This document shows, one piece after another, positions 11,394-22,394 of a stretch of 31,916 nt of DNA (positions within the stretch are counted from its first letter, which is position 1; each line of letters opens with the position of its first letter). Both the position numbers and the translations under genes were made by a program. The stretch is from Octopus sinensis. Taxonomy: Eukaryota. The notes beneath the pieces are model-generated. The model was not told where the DNA came from. It searched no databases and saw only the letters and a list, made by a program, of their open reading frames with translations. Location: positions 1-31,916 of the forward strand of contig NW_021832190.1 of the NCBI RefSeq assembly GCF_006345805.1, read 5' to 3'.

Positions 11394-12879
11394 CTGTAAA
11401 CAAACAAGAGAACCAGGACGATCTCGTGCAGCCTAATTGATATAGAAATCACAATATCAAAATGTTTAGAAATAAAAGAAATATTATCACAATGATGGAG
11501 ATATTTTCGTCTGCAGTTCTTTCAAATTATACAAGATTAATGTTAAGATATATATGAATATCATACCTTATTACTATGTCAAGTATCGAATAGAATATTA
11601 TGATATTAAGTAAAGATCTATTTGATCTTTGCGGTTATCAAGTTTAGATCTTTTTACAGGTTTCAGTTCTATTATCCCTTTTATACTCAGGAAATTAAGA
11701 ACTTCTAATAATACGATGACGCCATTTTAATCTACTTTGCTCTCTATTCTCATAAATAGAAGCAGTGAAAATTGTTAATTATAGAATATTATTGTGAATA
11801 TTATTTTTGTTAAAACGGAGTGTTTATTTGATGTGCTTTCTTTTGACTAATCTCAAAAATAATTTCTTTGAAAAAGGAATGTAATGCATTGAAAAGATGA
11901 TAAAAAATATCACCGCTACTTTAAAATAAATACTGAAAATGTTTTCAGCAGCTGATATTTATCCATAGAATAGGTCAGCAACAAGTAGACAACGACCCAT
12001 AATTGGACCACAGAGGTGTTCTGTGTGGGCCTCATGCTTTTCCTTTTAATGTATTTATGGGCCATGCACAGTCGATGACTTTAAATGGACTTCTGCGTCT
12101 GGTTTCGGTTCATAATTCCTTACGTAAATATTGCTAGCGATTGAAATGTAGGAAGATACGCGAGGATACGTTCATATGTTAGATATGACGTAATATAAAA
12201 TGTAGGTCACAAGCTAGTTACGAAAATCAAAAGTGAGCTATCTCCAAAGGAATTTGCAGACACCTCTGTATAGCTAGATGACGAAAATTAAAATATTTTC
12301 AGAGTTTGCATTTCCACGGTGAGGGGAATTGTGGAAAGTGTTTAGTGCAATTCTTGTTAGAGGAGAAAAAGATTCAGTAAGGAAGGAGGACGATACGGTA
12401 TCAGTAAGTGGGGCTGAGAGAAGAAACAGCAAGTCTGCACGCTCATGGCTGTAGCATATTCCTAAGTTTGTTTTTTCAATCAGTTGGGTGGTTATTTATT
12501 ATTTGTTTTTCCTTTGATATTTCCACGTCGTAGTAGCAGAAGCAGCACTTTCACAGATACGTGAGTAATACTAGAGTTTTGTGGAGGATCGAGAACTAAA
12601 CATAGCAAGCACTGATTGAAAGTCGGTCAGCGAGAGAGAGAGAGAGCGGAGGTAGGAAGGAAGCGGAGAGACAGGGATTCGTGTACTCATGCAGTGATGG
12701 TGTACTCTGTCAAGAAATGATGTGAGTCGGAGCGAGGACATAGGTGGGAACTTTCGAATGTTCTTCTTAAGATGTGCATATCTTGGAAGGGTTTGATGAT
12801 GTCAAACGCAAAAGCATTACCTTCTCAGAAGTTCTTAAAAGAATTTTAAAATACCACACTAGATACCTTGAAAAAATGC

Positions 12880-12880
<1 letters not shown>

Positions 12881-12963
<83 letters not shown>

Positions 12964-12966
12964 CTT

Positions 12967-12999
<33 letters not shown>

Positions 13000-13020
13000 C
13001 TATATATATATATATATATG

Positions 13021-13109
<89 letters not shown>

Positions 13110-13150
13110 TCTATCCTCTCTCTCTCTCTATAATATATATATATATATAT
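12881..13150. repeat. (TATC)n/(TC)n/(TA)n compound microsatellite
   Basis: Directly visible. Confidence 0.97.
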
Positions 13151-13151
13151 A

Positions 13152-13290
13152 GGCGTAGAAGTGGATGTGTGGTTAGTAGCTTGCTCCAGGTTAAGTCCCA
13201 CTGCGTGGCACCTTCGGCAAGTTTCTTCTACTATAGCCTCTTGAGTAGATTTGGTAGACGGAAACTGAAAAAAACCCGTCGCATATATCT
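13152..13290 (+). mobile_element. SINE family A, 5' half
   Basis: GGCGTAGAAGTGGATGTGTGG...CACCTTCGGCAAG...AAACCCGTCG. Confidence 0.8.
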
Positions 13291-13999
13291 ATCTATATAT
13301 ATATATATATATTTGTGCGTGTATATATATATAAATATATATATACAAGACACGAGGAAGTTTCGTCAGGGTGACTCAAACAAATAAGTGTTAAAGTTGG
13401 TATGCCACTAAAATTCCAATTTGAACTGCAGTTGGAGATGTAATTTTGTGATTGCCTTTCCAAAGCGGCTAGAAGTGGCTTCCCTTTGAATCGGTAATTA
13501 TATATTAAAGTAGAAAAGAAAAGGAAAACAATTTGATAGTACTTTACAAGGACATTAATGTAGCTATATAATAAAAGGTTTAAATAGTCTCCAACAGCTG
13601 TTTCAAGAATATCCCACCTATTAAAACATCGAGTCGAACGAGGATTCAGTAGAGTGAGCATGCGTCCATTTTCCCTCGCCATGGATTACAGTCCAATCAC
13701 TCTGTCTTCATAGATTTACCTTATGAATATCTGTTTTAATTGATCAGAATTAAACTAGAGATTGGGTGACAAAAATTTTTCATTATAATGTTGCTACAAT
13801 TAAAAAATATAATTTGTACCAGAATGCCCTCTTGCAAATTGATCTTGAATATAAATATATTTTCTGTCAGTAGTCTATTCAAATGCCTATAACACTAAAC
13901 GAACATCGGAGAATAAATTATGATGTTTAATACCTGATTGAAAATTCGATACGTATGGATTGAAACGTAATTTTCTGGTAAGTATAAATGCTATACCAT

Positions 14000-14004
<5 letters not shown>

Positions 14005-14082
<78 letters not shown>

Positions 14083-14841
14083 TATGCATGTACATACTAT
14101 ACGTATGTATAATACATACAATAGTCGTTTTTAAGTCGTTATTTTTTATTGTAAGGCAAAGAAGAGTTTTGCCAGGAGTCAGTTTCTTTTATTTTTTTTA
14201 AGTGAACTAAGTTTAAGCATAATGGAATGGAACATATAATTAAATCTTTATACATTTAATTAGATTTGCTGTTCCAGTTTCAACTATGTAGCCCTTCATA
14301 TTCGTATATAGCAGTTTCCATTTTGATTTCAGTGAATTCTATTCAATGTAAAGTAATTAAAGGCCTATTAATGAGGTTACATCATTTGCAACACAAAAGA
14401 AAACGTTCTCGCTAAGAGAGAAGTAGGAAAGTTATTTAATGGCAGTATTTCACAATTTTTGTTCTAAATTCATTTACGTATATACGTAAGTATGTATGTA
14501 TGTATGTATGTATGTATGTATGTATGTATGTATGTATGTATGCATGTATGCATGTATGTATGTATGTATGTATGTATGTATGTATGTATGTATGTATGTA
14601 TGTATGCATGCATGCATGCATGTATGTAGTATGTATGTATGTATGTATGTATGTATGTATGTATGTATGTATGTATGTATGTAGGCATGTATGCATGTAT
14701 GTGTGTATGTATGTATGTATGTATGTATGTATGTATGTATGATTGTATCATGCATGTATGTATGTATGTATGTATGTATGTATGTATGTATGTATGTATG
14801 TATGTATGATTGTATGCATGCATGTTGTATGTAATATGAGC

Positions 14842-14924
<83 letters not shown>

Positions 14925-14925
14925 C
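14005..14925. repeat. (TA)n at ~14005-14080, (TATG)n at ~14488-14820, (TA)n(GA)n to ~14925
   Basis: Directly visible, with unique sequence between the tracts. Confidence 0.9.
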
Positions 14926-15257
14926 AATAAGAAAATGGAGAGGATCATTAGGTGGTATTCATCAACTTTTAGGCATTATATTATGTCAATTTATTTATTT
15001 ATTTATTTACTAAAATGACAATTATAACGATATACATACGTGTATAACATATTATGCTTTACATATATAATGTATAAAGATACCAGTAATTATTAAAATA
15101 TATAACATACAGGAATAGAAATTGGGGGAAAATATCTTACAGCTGTTTCAGCCAAGAGGCAAAAATGCCTTATTCTACCTTCATCCCTCATTCCACCAGC
15201 AGTGTATTGGATAGATATTATCCCTTAGTTGGTTGAATTTACAACCTCTAGCTTTCT

Positions 15258-15559
15258 AGCGGTGCTGCTGCTGGTTTTGGTTGTGGTGGTGGTGCTGGTG
15301 GGGCAGTAGTAGTAGTAGTAGTGGTGGTGGTGGTGGTGGTGGTGGTGGTGGTGGTGATGGTGGTTGTGGTGGTGGTTGTGGTGGTGGTGGTTGTGGTGGT
15401 GTTGGTGGTGGTTGTGGTGTTGGTGGTGGTGGTTGTGGTGTTGGTGGTGGTGGTTGTGGTGGTGATGGTTGTGGTGGTGGTGGTACTACTGCTGCTGCTG
15501 GTTTTGGTGGTGGTGGTGGTGCAGGTGGATCAGCAGCAGCAGCCGCAGCAGCAGCAGCA

Positions 15560-15606
<47 letters not shown>

Positions 15607-15720
15607 CTGCTGCTGCTGATGATGATGATGTTGATGAGGCAATTGTAGCTGTAGTAGTAGCGGGGTGTGCAATAGTAGTAATAGTAGTGGTGGGTAGTAG
15701 TCGCAGCAGCAGCAGCAGAA
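15258..15720. repeat. Compound trinucleotide microsatellite (GGT/GTA/GCA/GAT)n
   Basis: Successive blocks of GCT, GGT, AGT, GCA and GAT, giving homopolymer ORFs in several frames. Confidence 0.95.
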
Positions 15721-16199
15721 TTTGTATAAAGCACGTAACCCAAACACTTGTAAAGAGTGTTTTGGTTAGTTAGTTTTTAGCTTCGTCTCGTTCCTGTTGC
15801 GACTCACTTCTAATCTAATCTCTCTCCTTTCGACATTGACCTCCATTGCGTTACAGTATCGATAAAATAAATAAGACCGAGCCATAGGATGAGATCGATA
15901 CAATCAATATTGTTCGTCCTCTATGAAAGAAATCATTAGTTATATACGCCATTAGCAACACCGATTGGGGGGGGGGGTCACAGACATATTGAAATCAGGA
16001 ACTTATTTTTCTCGCCTTTCTAATGTTTATTGCAAATGTCTGCTATGCCTGTTCAAAAGTACATTTGGTAAGTTCTTAGTGAGTCTCCTCATGCAAACAA
16101 ATGGCTCGATGTCAAAGATACAAAGCGGTATCGATCCAGGGTAAAGATTTCTAATATTAGAATATACTGAAAGCATATTCTATATATCTGTATCCATAT

Positions 16200-16225
16200 C
16201 TATATCTATCGATCGTATCTATCTA

Positions 16226-16310
<85 letters not shown>

Positions 16311-16333
16311 CTTCTCTCTCTCTCTTATATATA

Positions 16334-16385
<52 letters not shown>
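16200..16385. repeat. (TATC)n/(TA)n microsatellite
   Basis: Directly visible. Confidence 0.95.
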
Positions 16386-16387
<2 letters not shown>

Positions 16388-16513
16388 CTTGTTTCAGCCA
16401 TTTGACTGCGGCCTTGCTGTGGCACCGCCTTTAGTCAAGCAAATCGACCTCAGGACTTATACATTGTAAGCCAAGTACTTATTCCATCGGTGTCTTTTGC
16501 CGAACCGCTAAGT
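16385..16513 (-). mobile_element. SINE family A, 3' tail
   Basis: TTACTTGTTTCAGCCATTTGACTGCGGCC...GCCGAACCGCTAAGT is the reverse complement of the family tail. Confidence 0.85.
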
Positions 16514-16729
16514 ATATATATATATATATATAAAATGGAACAGAAACGCAATAGAGGACAATAAAACATTCGGATAGATAGACGATACAATGGCGGACAG
16601 GAGAAACAACAATTACAAGGACAGGCAAAAAAAAAAGACAGGTCATTCGTGGCCATCTTTCCTCAGTCAAGTTACCAGAAGTCCTTACTGTTTCGGGCAG
16701 TTACACTTGAGATAGCTCGAATTTGTTAC

Positions 16730-16825
16730 CTCCAAAAAGGTCCAAGCTAAGAGTTGTAGAACTGAACTCGAATCCAGATGGTTGCGAAACGACCTTCTTA
16801 GCCAGAAAATCATTCCTGTGCCTGT
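16730..16825 (-). mobile_element. SINE family A, strongly diverged head
   Basis: CTGAACTCGAATCC...ATTCCTGTGCCT resembles the reverse-complement head CTGAACCCGGAACC...ACTCCTGCGCCT. Confidence 0.45.
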
Positions 16826-17389
16826 TTAAAAGTATGAAACACTTCACGAATTTGTACCGCATCCTTGCACAGAGACCAAGCTAATCTTCTCTGTATCATT
16901 TCAATTTTAGTACATGTACTGCCAAAGAAGAACAAATATCAAAATTCCATGGAGACAGACTTAAACCGCCCCCAAATTTCCATTGCACTAGAATATACTG
17001 GATTTTCTGATTCGCAAATATAAATTAATTACTTAGATTTTAAATAAACGATCCACTTGAAATCTAAGCAGGAGTGAAACGGATTATACTGTAAAGCAGT
17101 ATTTACACAATTAGAAATTTAACGATATTCAGTCGACTGAAAGTTCCGCGATAATACAAATATAAGCAAGTGTACAGAAAGCAATGAAGCAGAGCATGGT
17201 TGTTAATGAAGCAAAAATGTATTTAATGATTTCATGGGGTGTGCGCAGGAGAGCAAGAACCCACATGATAACTTATTTAAGCAATCAGATTATTCTCGTT
17301 CAAAACTGCCAGAAACTATTAATAATGAATAGATACGTTATTGTTATATCTATAATTTGTAAGAAAGTGGCAAAAGTGCAAATAAATAA

Positions 17390-17865
17390 CTTAGATAGCT
17401 TAGATATGTTCCGGCCAAAGATTGGCCCAGGCCATGCCTCACTAAATAGCACCAGCTGACAGGATCTTTTAAGTCATTTTTAAAGTCAAGTTTTGTGGTA
17501 TCATTGCTCATTCAAGTAGGGAGTTGTTGACTGAGGCGTGTCCAGGTATAGGTGACTTATCTAGTATCCCTAGAAGAATTTTGTTCAGGTTTCGTTTGAA
17601 AGTGATGGGATCTTTTTCTTTGATTTATTTTGGGATAATGCTAAATAGAACGGGGCCAGCTGAGGAAAAGAAATTGTATTGCAGTGAATTTATGTGTTGT
17701 AATCCTGAATTGTGTAGAGGGCATTCGGCATGTAGCCCCAACCTTGGATGAATTCTAACTCTAAAGTTAAGATCGTTTGAGCAATGCCGCTGGTATAATC
17801 TCCACATTGCGCAAATGATGGAGCGTTCACGGTGGCGATGAAGAGAGTAAAGATTATTGTTTAGA
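17390..17865 (-). mobile_element. CR1-group LINE 3' fragment (degenerate ORF2 C-terminus plus 3' UTR)
   Basis: Minus strand reads LYSLHRHRERSIICAMWRL...HPRLG...NFFSSAGPVLFSIIPK*IKEKDPITFKRNLNKIL...NNSLLE*. This matches the 'LYSLQRRRERY...HPR.GR...F...GP.LFN.LP...FKR.LD' pattern of CR1-type ORF2. Short TATCTAAG repeat tail at 17390-17408. Confidence 0.8.
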
Positions 17866-18263
17866 AAAATATAGACACTTTGAGGAAAAATTATCTATAT
17901 TAAGAACTGGCTACGGTACAGAACATTATTTGAAAGAGTTTCGAAAATCGGTTGTGGCTCTGATAGGGAAAATAACTTCAGAAGTCTTCTGCACCAGTTG
18001 TACCATTAGCTTTTGATTTCTGAGAATGTGGTTTAAGACCCAAAAGATTTTATAAATAGCTTCTCCAATATTCAATAAACAGTAGTAAAGATAATCCTTT
18101 CTGCTATTTACAAGGCCTAAAATCTTGGGCAGAGCCCGATACTGGATTACATGTGTTTGATTTTTTAAACCTAAACGGGTGTTTTATGAAATATTATCCC
18201 TTACAGCAACCGTAGAGCACCAGCCAAGAGGTTTCTGGTGTTCTTAATAACAAATTTTGCACA

Positions 18264-18680
18264 TAAGGAGTGGCTGCGTGGTAAGTAGCTTGCTAACCAG
18301 CCACATGGTTCCGGGTTAAGTCCCACTGCGTGTTATATTGGGCAAGTGTGTTCTGCTATAGCCCCGGGCCGACCAATGCCTTGTGAGTGGATTTGGTAGA
18401 CGGAAACTGAAAGAAACCTGTCGTATATGTGTATATATATATATGTATGTGTGTGTGTGTGTTTGTGTGTGAGTGTTTGTCCCTCTAGCATTGCTTGACA
18501 ACCGATGCTGGTGTGTTTACGTCCCCGTCACTTAGCGGTTCCGCAAAAAGAGACCGATATAATAAGCACTGGGCTTACAAAGAATAAGTCCCGGGGTCGA
18601 TTTGCTCGACTAAAGGCGGTGCTCCAGCATGGCCGCAGTCAAATGACTGAAACAAGTAAAAGAGTAAAAGAATAAAAGAA
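18264..18680 (+). mobile_element. SINE family A, full length
   Basis: Has the head, CORE-like segment, internal (TA)(TG) tract and (TAAAAGA)n tail. Confidence 0.9.
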
Positions 18681-18911
18681 TAATACGATAACAAACGGGT
18701 GAGAGCAACAGTTATAACCAAGATTCACGCAGTTATGAATTGCTGTCTTTGTTGTTGTTGCTGATGTTGGTGTTCTCTTAGTAGTTATTGGTACTGATGT
18801 TATTGATGATGGTGATGGTGGTGGTAGTGTCATAGCGACCTCCGTATTTATTATTGTCGTCGTCGTCGTTGTCTCCGCGTATCTCACATCTATTACGCTC
18901 CAAACTTATTT

Positions 18912-19545
18912 ACCTATTTCTTTATTACCCACAAGGGGCTAAACACAGAGGAGACAGACAAGGACAGACAAACGGATTAAGTCGATTACATCGACGCCAG
19001 TCCGTAACGGGTACTTAATTTATCGACCCCGAAAGGATAAAAGGCAAGTCGACCTCGGCGGCGGAATTTGAACCTAGAACGTAACGGCAGACGCAATAAG
19101 GCTACATAAAATATCTATTTCTTTACTGCCCACAAGGGGCTAAATATAGAGAGGACAAACAAGGACAGACAAAGGGATTAAGTCGATTATATTGACGCCA
19201 GTCCGTAACGGGTACTTAATTTATCGACCCCGAAAGGATAAAAGGCAAAGTCGACCTCGGCGGAATTTGAACCTAGAACGTAACGGCAGACGCAATAAGG
19301 CTACATAAAATATCTATTTCTTTACTGCCCACAAGGGGCTAAATATAGAGAGGACAAACAAGGACAGACAAAGGGATTAAGTCGATTATATTGACGCCAG
19401 TGCGTAACTGGTACTTAATTTATCGACCCCGAAAGGATAAAAGGCAAAGTCGACCTCGGCGGAATTTGAACTCAGAACGTAACGGCGGACGCAGTACGGC
19501 TACGCATTTCGCCCGGCGTGCTAAAGTCTCTGCCAGCTCGCCGCC
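18912..19545 (-). mobile_element. SINE family B trimer (head plus three bodies, ~199-bp period)
   Basis: TATCTATTTCTTTACTGCCCAC at 19112 and 19311. The head reverse complement ends at 19545 (CCAGCTCGCCGCC). Confidence 0.9.
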
Positions 19546-20073
19546 TTATCATTGTCTTATCATATTCACAGCCAATTTCAATACCTCTTACAACTGTTCA
19601 GGTTGTAAAGTTACACGCTGTACTTCCTTCCCAGCTTCCATTCCTACACAGTGGATCAGTCAATCACCATATCTTATACGTTATAAAATATTCTGGTTGA
19701 TGAATGAAAATATAAATTGCCTGCGACAGGAACAATAAATGATTTAAATAACTTCGTTTCCTTCGCCCCCTTACGTCTTATTTTGTTTTCGCGATTCTTT
19801 ACTGTTATTTTTTATTTTCTTAGTTGTATATATTGATCCCGTTATATAACGTTTCCCGTTGTGATCTTCATTGTCTTTCATAATATAATGGCTAATTTTA
19901 CATAGATATATGTATAAGTTTGTGTACGTATATGTATGCGTTTGTGTATGTGTGTGTGCGCGCGAGCGCGCGAGCGCGTGTGTGTGTGTACTATAGTATG
20001 TGCGTATGTTTATTGTTTAATACTTTACTGGTTGCAATCATCAGAAACTTTTGTTGACATACTTCTACTTCAC

Positions 20074-20476
20074 AGGCGTGTGATAAGTAGCTTACTTACC
20101 AACTACATGGTTCCGGGTTCAGTCCCACAGCGTGGCAACTTGAGCAAGTGTCTTCTACTATAGCCTCGGGCCGACCAAAGCCTTGTGAGTGGATTTGGTA
20201 GACACAAACTGAAAGAAGCCCTCCTATATATGTATATTTGTATCTGTGTTTGTGTGTGTATGTGTGTTTGTGTGTCTGTGTTTGTCCGCCCAACATCGCT
20301 TGACAACCGATGCTGGTGTGTTTACGTCCCCGTAACCTAGCGGTTCGGCAAAAGAGACCGATAGAATAAGTACTAAGTTTCCAAAGAATAAATCCTGGGG
20401 TTGATTTGCTCGACTAAAGGCGGTGCTCCAACATGGCCACAGTCAAATGACTGAAACAAGTAAAAGAGTAAAAGAG
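20074..20476 (+). mobile_element. SINE family A, near full length
   Basis: Aligns along its length to the copies at 18264 and 24891. Confidence 0.9.
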
Positions 20477-20760
20477 ATATATGTGTGTGTGTGTGTGAGT
20501 GTGTGTATGCATATATGTTATGTATGTATGTATGTATGTATGTATGTATGTATGTATGTAGGTAGGTAGGCAGGTAGGTACGTAGGTGGGTAGGTAGGTA
20601 GAAAGGTGAGGAAGAAAGTAATGCAAGCAATTATTGTTCGCATTGCTTTCTTATTCACCTTCGTGTTAGTGTGCGTGTGTGTATGTGTTTGTGCGCGCGC
20701 GTGTGTGTTTATCTGTGTGTGTGTGTGTGTGTATGTGTGTTTACGTGTACGTGTACAGAG
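20477..20760. repeat. (TG)n/(TATG)n/(GGTA)n microsatellites
   Basis: Directly visible. Confidence 0.9.
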
Positions 20761-21119
20761 TCTGTCACACGATGCATACACATTTTAAGGAAAGAAAACT
20801 GTGTAGAAATACTTTAATACCACATTTATCAAGATATCACGGCATCAATACAAGTGACCTTTCTTTTGTGCGAGGTATGTAATACTAAACGAGATCATGA
20901 AATCCGTCGTTGGAATATAAACATATATATATATACATATATACATACACTCACTTGATATTGTAAACATTATTATCTATACAACAAAATGGCTGGATAT
21001 TTCCTAAATATGAAATTTAAATGGGAATGATTGTAACCTACCTTCATTGTATTTGAAACTGCGCAATGACATTTCGAATAGATGCTTTTTAAATGAAGAA
21101 ACTCAACACCAAACATTTT

Positions 21120-21172
<53 letters not shown>

Positions 21173-21459
21173 TCCCTTTGCATACTGAATACTTGGTGAA
21201 ATTGATTAATTAATTAATTAATTTTACCCTCAATTGTTGAAATTATAATTCATCTCTCTCTACTTAATTGTCTTGGATTTTACCGAAAAAAAGCGTAGTG
21301 TTTGCTGATTTTAACCCACGCTGGTGGAAAGGGGAGAACAAAATTTTTCTCTTGCATATTTGAGTTAGCTACACTGTTAGTTGGGAACAGATCTTCAGAA
21401 GCGATAACAAGCCGAAGGGTATGCTCCCATTTTCAGTGTTTTCAAACTCAAACAAGGGC

Positions 21460-21519
21460 ATTCTGAGCTGATGAGAGAAGGGTCGAATTTGGCTAATCTT
21501 GAAACGTACGTACTCAAAT
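21460..21519 (+). ncRNA. Type I hammerhead ribozyme, copy 1
   Basis: Stem I ATT(C)TGAG 21460-21467 pairs with CTCAAAT 21513-21519. Core CTGATGA 21468-21474. Stem II GAGA...TCTT with an inner GGTCG/TGGCT hairpin. GAAA at 21501-21504, palindromic stem III ACGTACGT, and GTA cleavage triplet with the cut after 21512. Confidence 0.85.
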
Positions 21520-22007
21520 AACCTTTGCATTTGATTTTTTAATTTCTCTACCCTCATACTTTCTTGGTTGAATTGAGCAAGCACTATATGAGAGAGGTTT
21601 TCTTTAAGTGTTAGAAATAGTTTTTTTAGCTGCTATTTCTAACGAGTTCAGTATGCGGCAAAGTAATTTATTTTACTAAGCCCTTTTATATAATGTAATA
21701 ATTTGAATTTGCCTTAAATGGTCCCTTTGCATACTGAATACTTGGTGAAATTGATTAATTAATTAATTATTTTACCCTCAATTGTTGAAATTAAATTCAT
21801 CTCTCTCTACTTAATTGTCTTGGATTTTACCGAAAAAAAGCGTAGTGTTGCTGATTTTAACCCACGCTGGTGGAAAGGGGAGAACAGAAATTTTTCTCTT
21901 GCATATTTGAGTTAGCTAGCACTGTTAGTTGGGAACAGATCTTCAGAAGCGATAACAGCCGAAAGGGTATGCTCCCATTTTCAGTTTTTTCAAACTCAAA
22001 CAAGGGC

Positions 22008-22066
22008 ATTCTGAGCTGATGAGAGAAGGGTCGAATTTGGCTATCTTGAAACGTACGTACTCAAAT
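22008..22066 (+). ncRNA. Type I hammerhead ribozyme, copy 2
   Basis: CTGATGA at 22016-22022, GAAA at 22048-22051, stem III ACGTACGT, cut after 22059, CTCAAAT at 22060-22066. Confidence 0.85.
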
Positions 22067-22228
22067 AACCTTTGCATTTGATTTTTTAATGTCTCTACCC
22101 TCATACTTTCTGGGTTGAATTGAGCAAGCACTATATGAGAGAGGTTTTCTTTAAGTGTTAGAAATAGTTTTTTTTTAGCTGCTATTCTAACGAGTTCGTA
22201 TGCGGCAAAGTAATTATTTTACTAAGCC

Positions 22229-22236
<8 letters not shown>

Positions 22237-22267
<31 letters not shown>

Positions 22268-22289
22268 GTGTATATACATACTGTGTATA

Positions 22290-22349
<60 letters not shown>

Positions 22350-22350
22350 A

Positions 22351-22394
<44 letters not shown>

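Larger units (their letters stand above)
21171..22236 (+). mobile_element. Tandem ~549-bp hammerhead-bearing repeat (retrozyme-like or Penelope-like pseudo-LTR), about 1.9 copies
   Basis: GGTCCCTTTGCATACTGAA begins at 21171 and 21720. Copy 2 ends at AAGCCCTTTTATA (~22236), about 30 bp short of a full unit. Both flanks are (TA)n. Each copy has a hammerhead motif and no credible ORF. Confidence 0.8.

Noticed and set aside
13593-13604. GAAACAGCTGTT on the minus strand as a hammerhead stem III
   Set aside because: No CTGANGA box or stem I complement upstream, so probably chance.
13293-13682. 129-aa minus-strand ORF MARENGR...
   Set aside because: No recognisable domain, only a weak AAG acceptor, no donor, and it runs into a (TA)n tract.
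15256-15773. Poly-Pro/Gly/Val/Gln ORFs resembling a structural protein
   Set aside because: Open in four or more frames on both strands because of the trinucleotide repeats, with no splice or start context.
18912-19545. CRISPR-like periodic array (also 5817-7224)
   Set aside because: The units are whole SINE bodies with no unique spacers, there are no cas genes, and the context is eukaryotic.
19575-19740. Minus-strand acceptor GTTCCTGTCGCAG plus a CRNGSWEGSTAC sushi-like peptide
   Set aside because: All three frames after the acceptor hit stops, and the peptide lies in a short frame with no acceptor of its own.
21369-22131. Duplicated minus-strand ORFs MLAQFNQESMRV... (71 and 62 aa)
   Set aside because: They start at a non-ATG codon, their frames diverge between copies through indels, and they show no RT or GIY-YIG similarity. 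They are antisense by-products of the hammerhead repeat.
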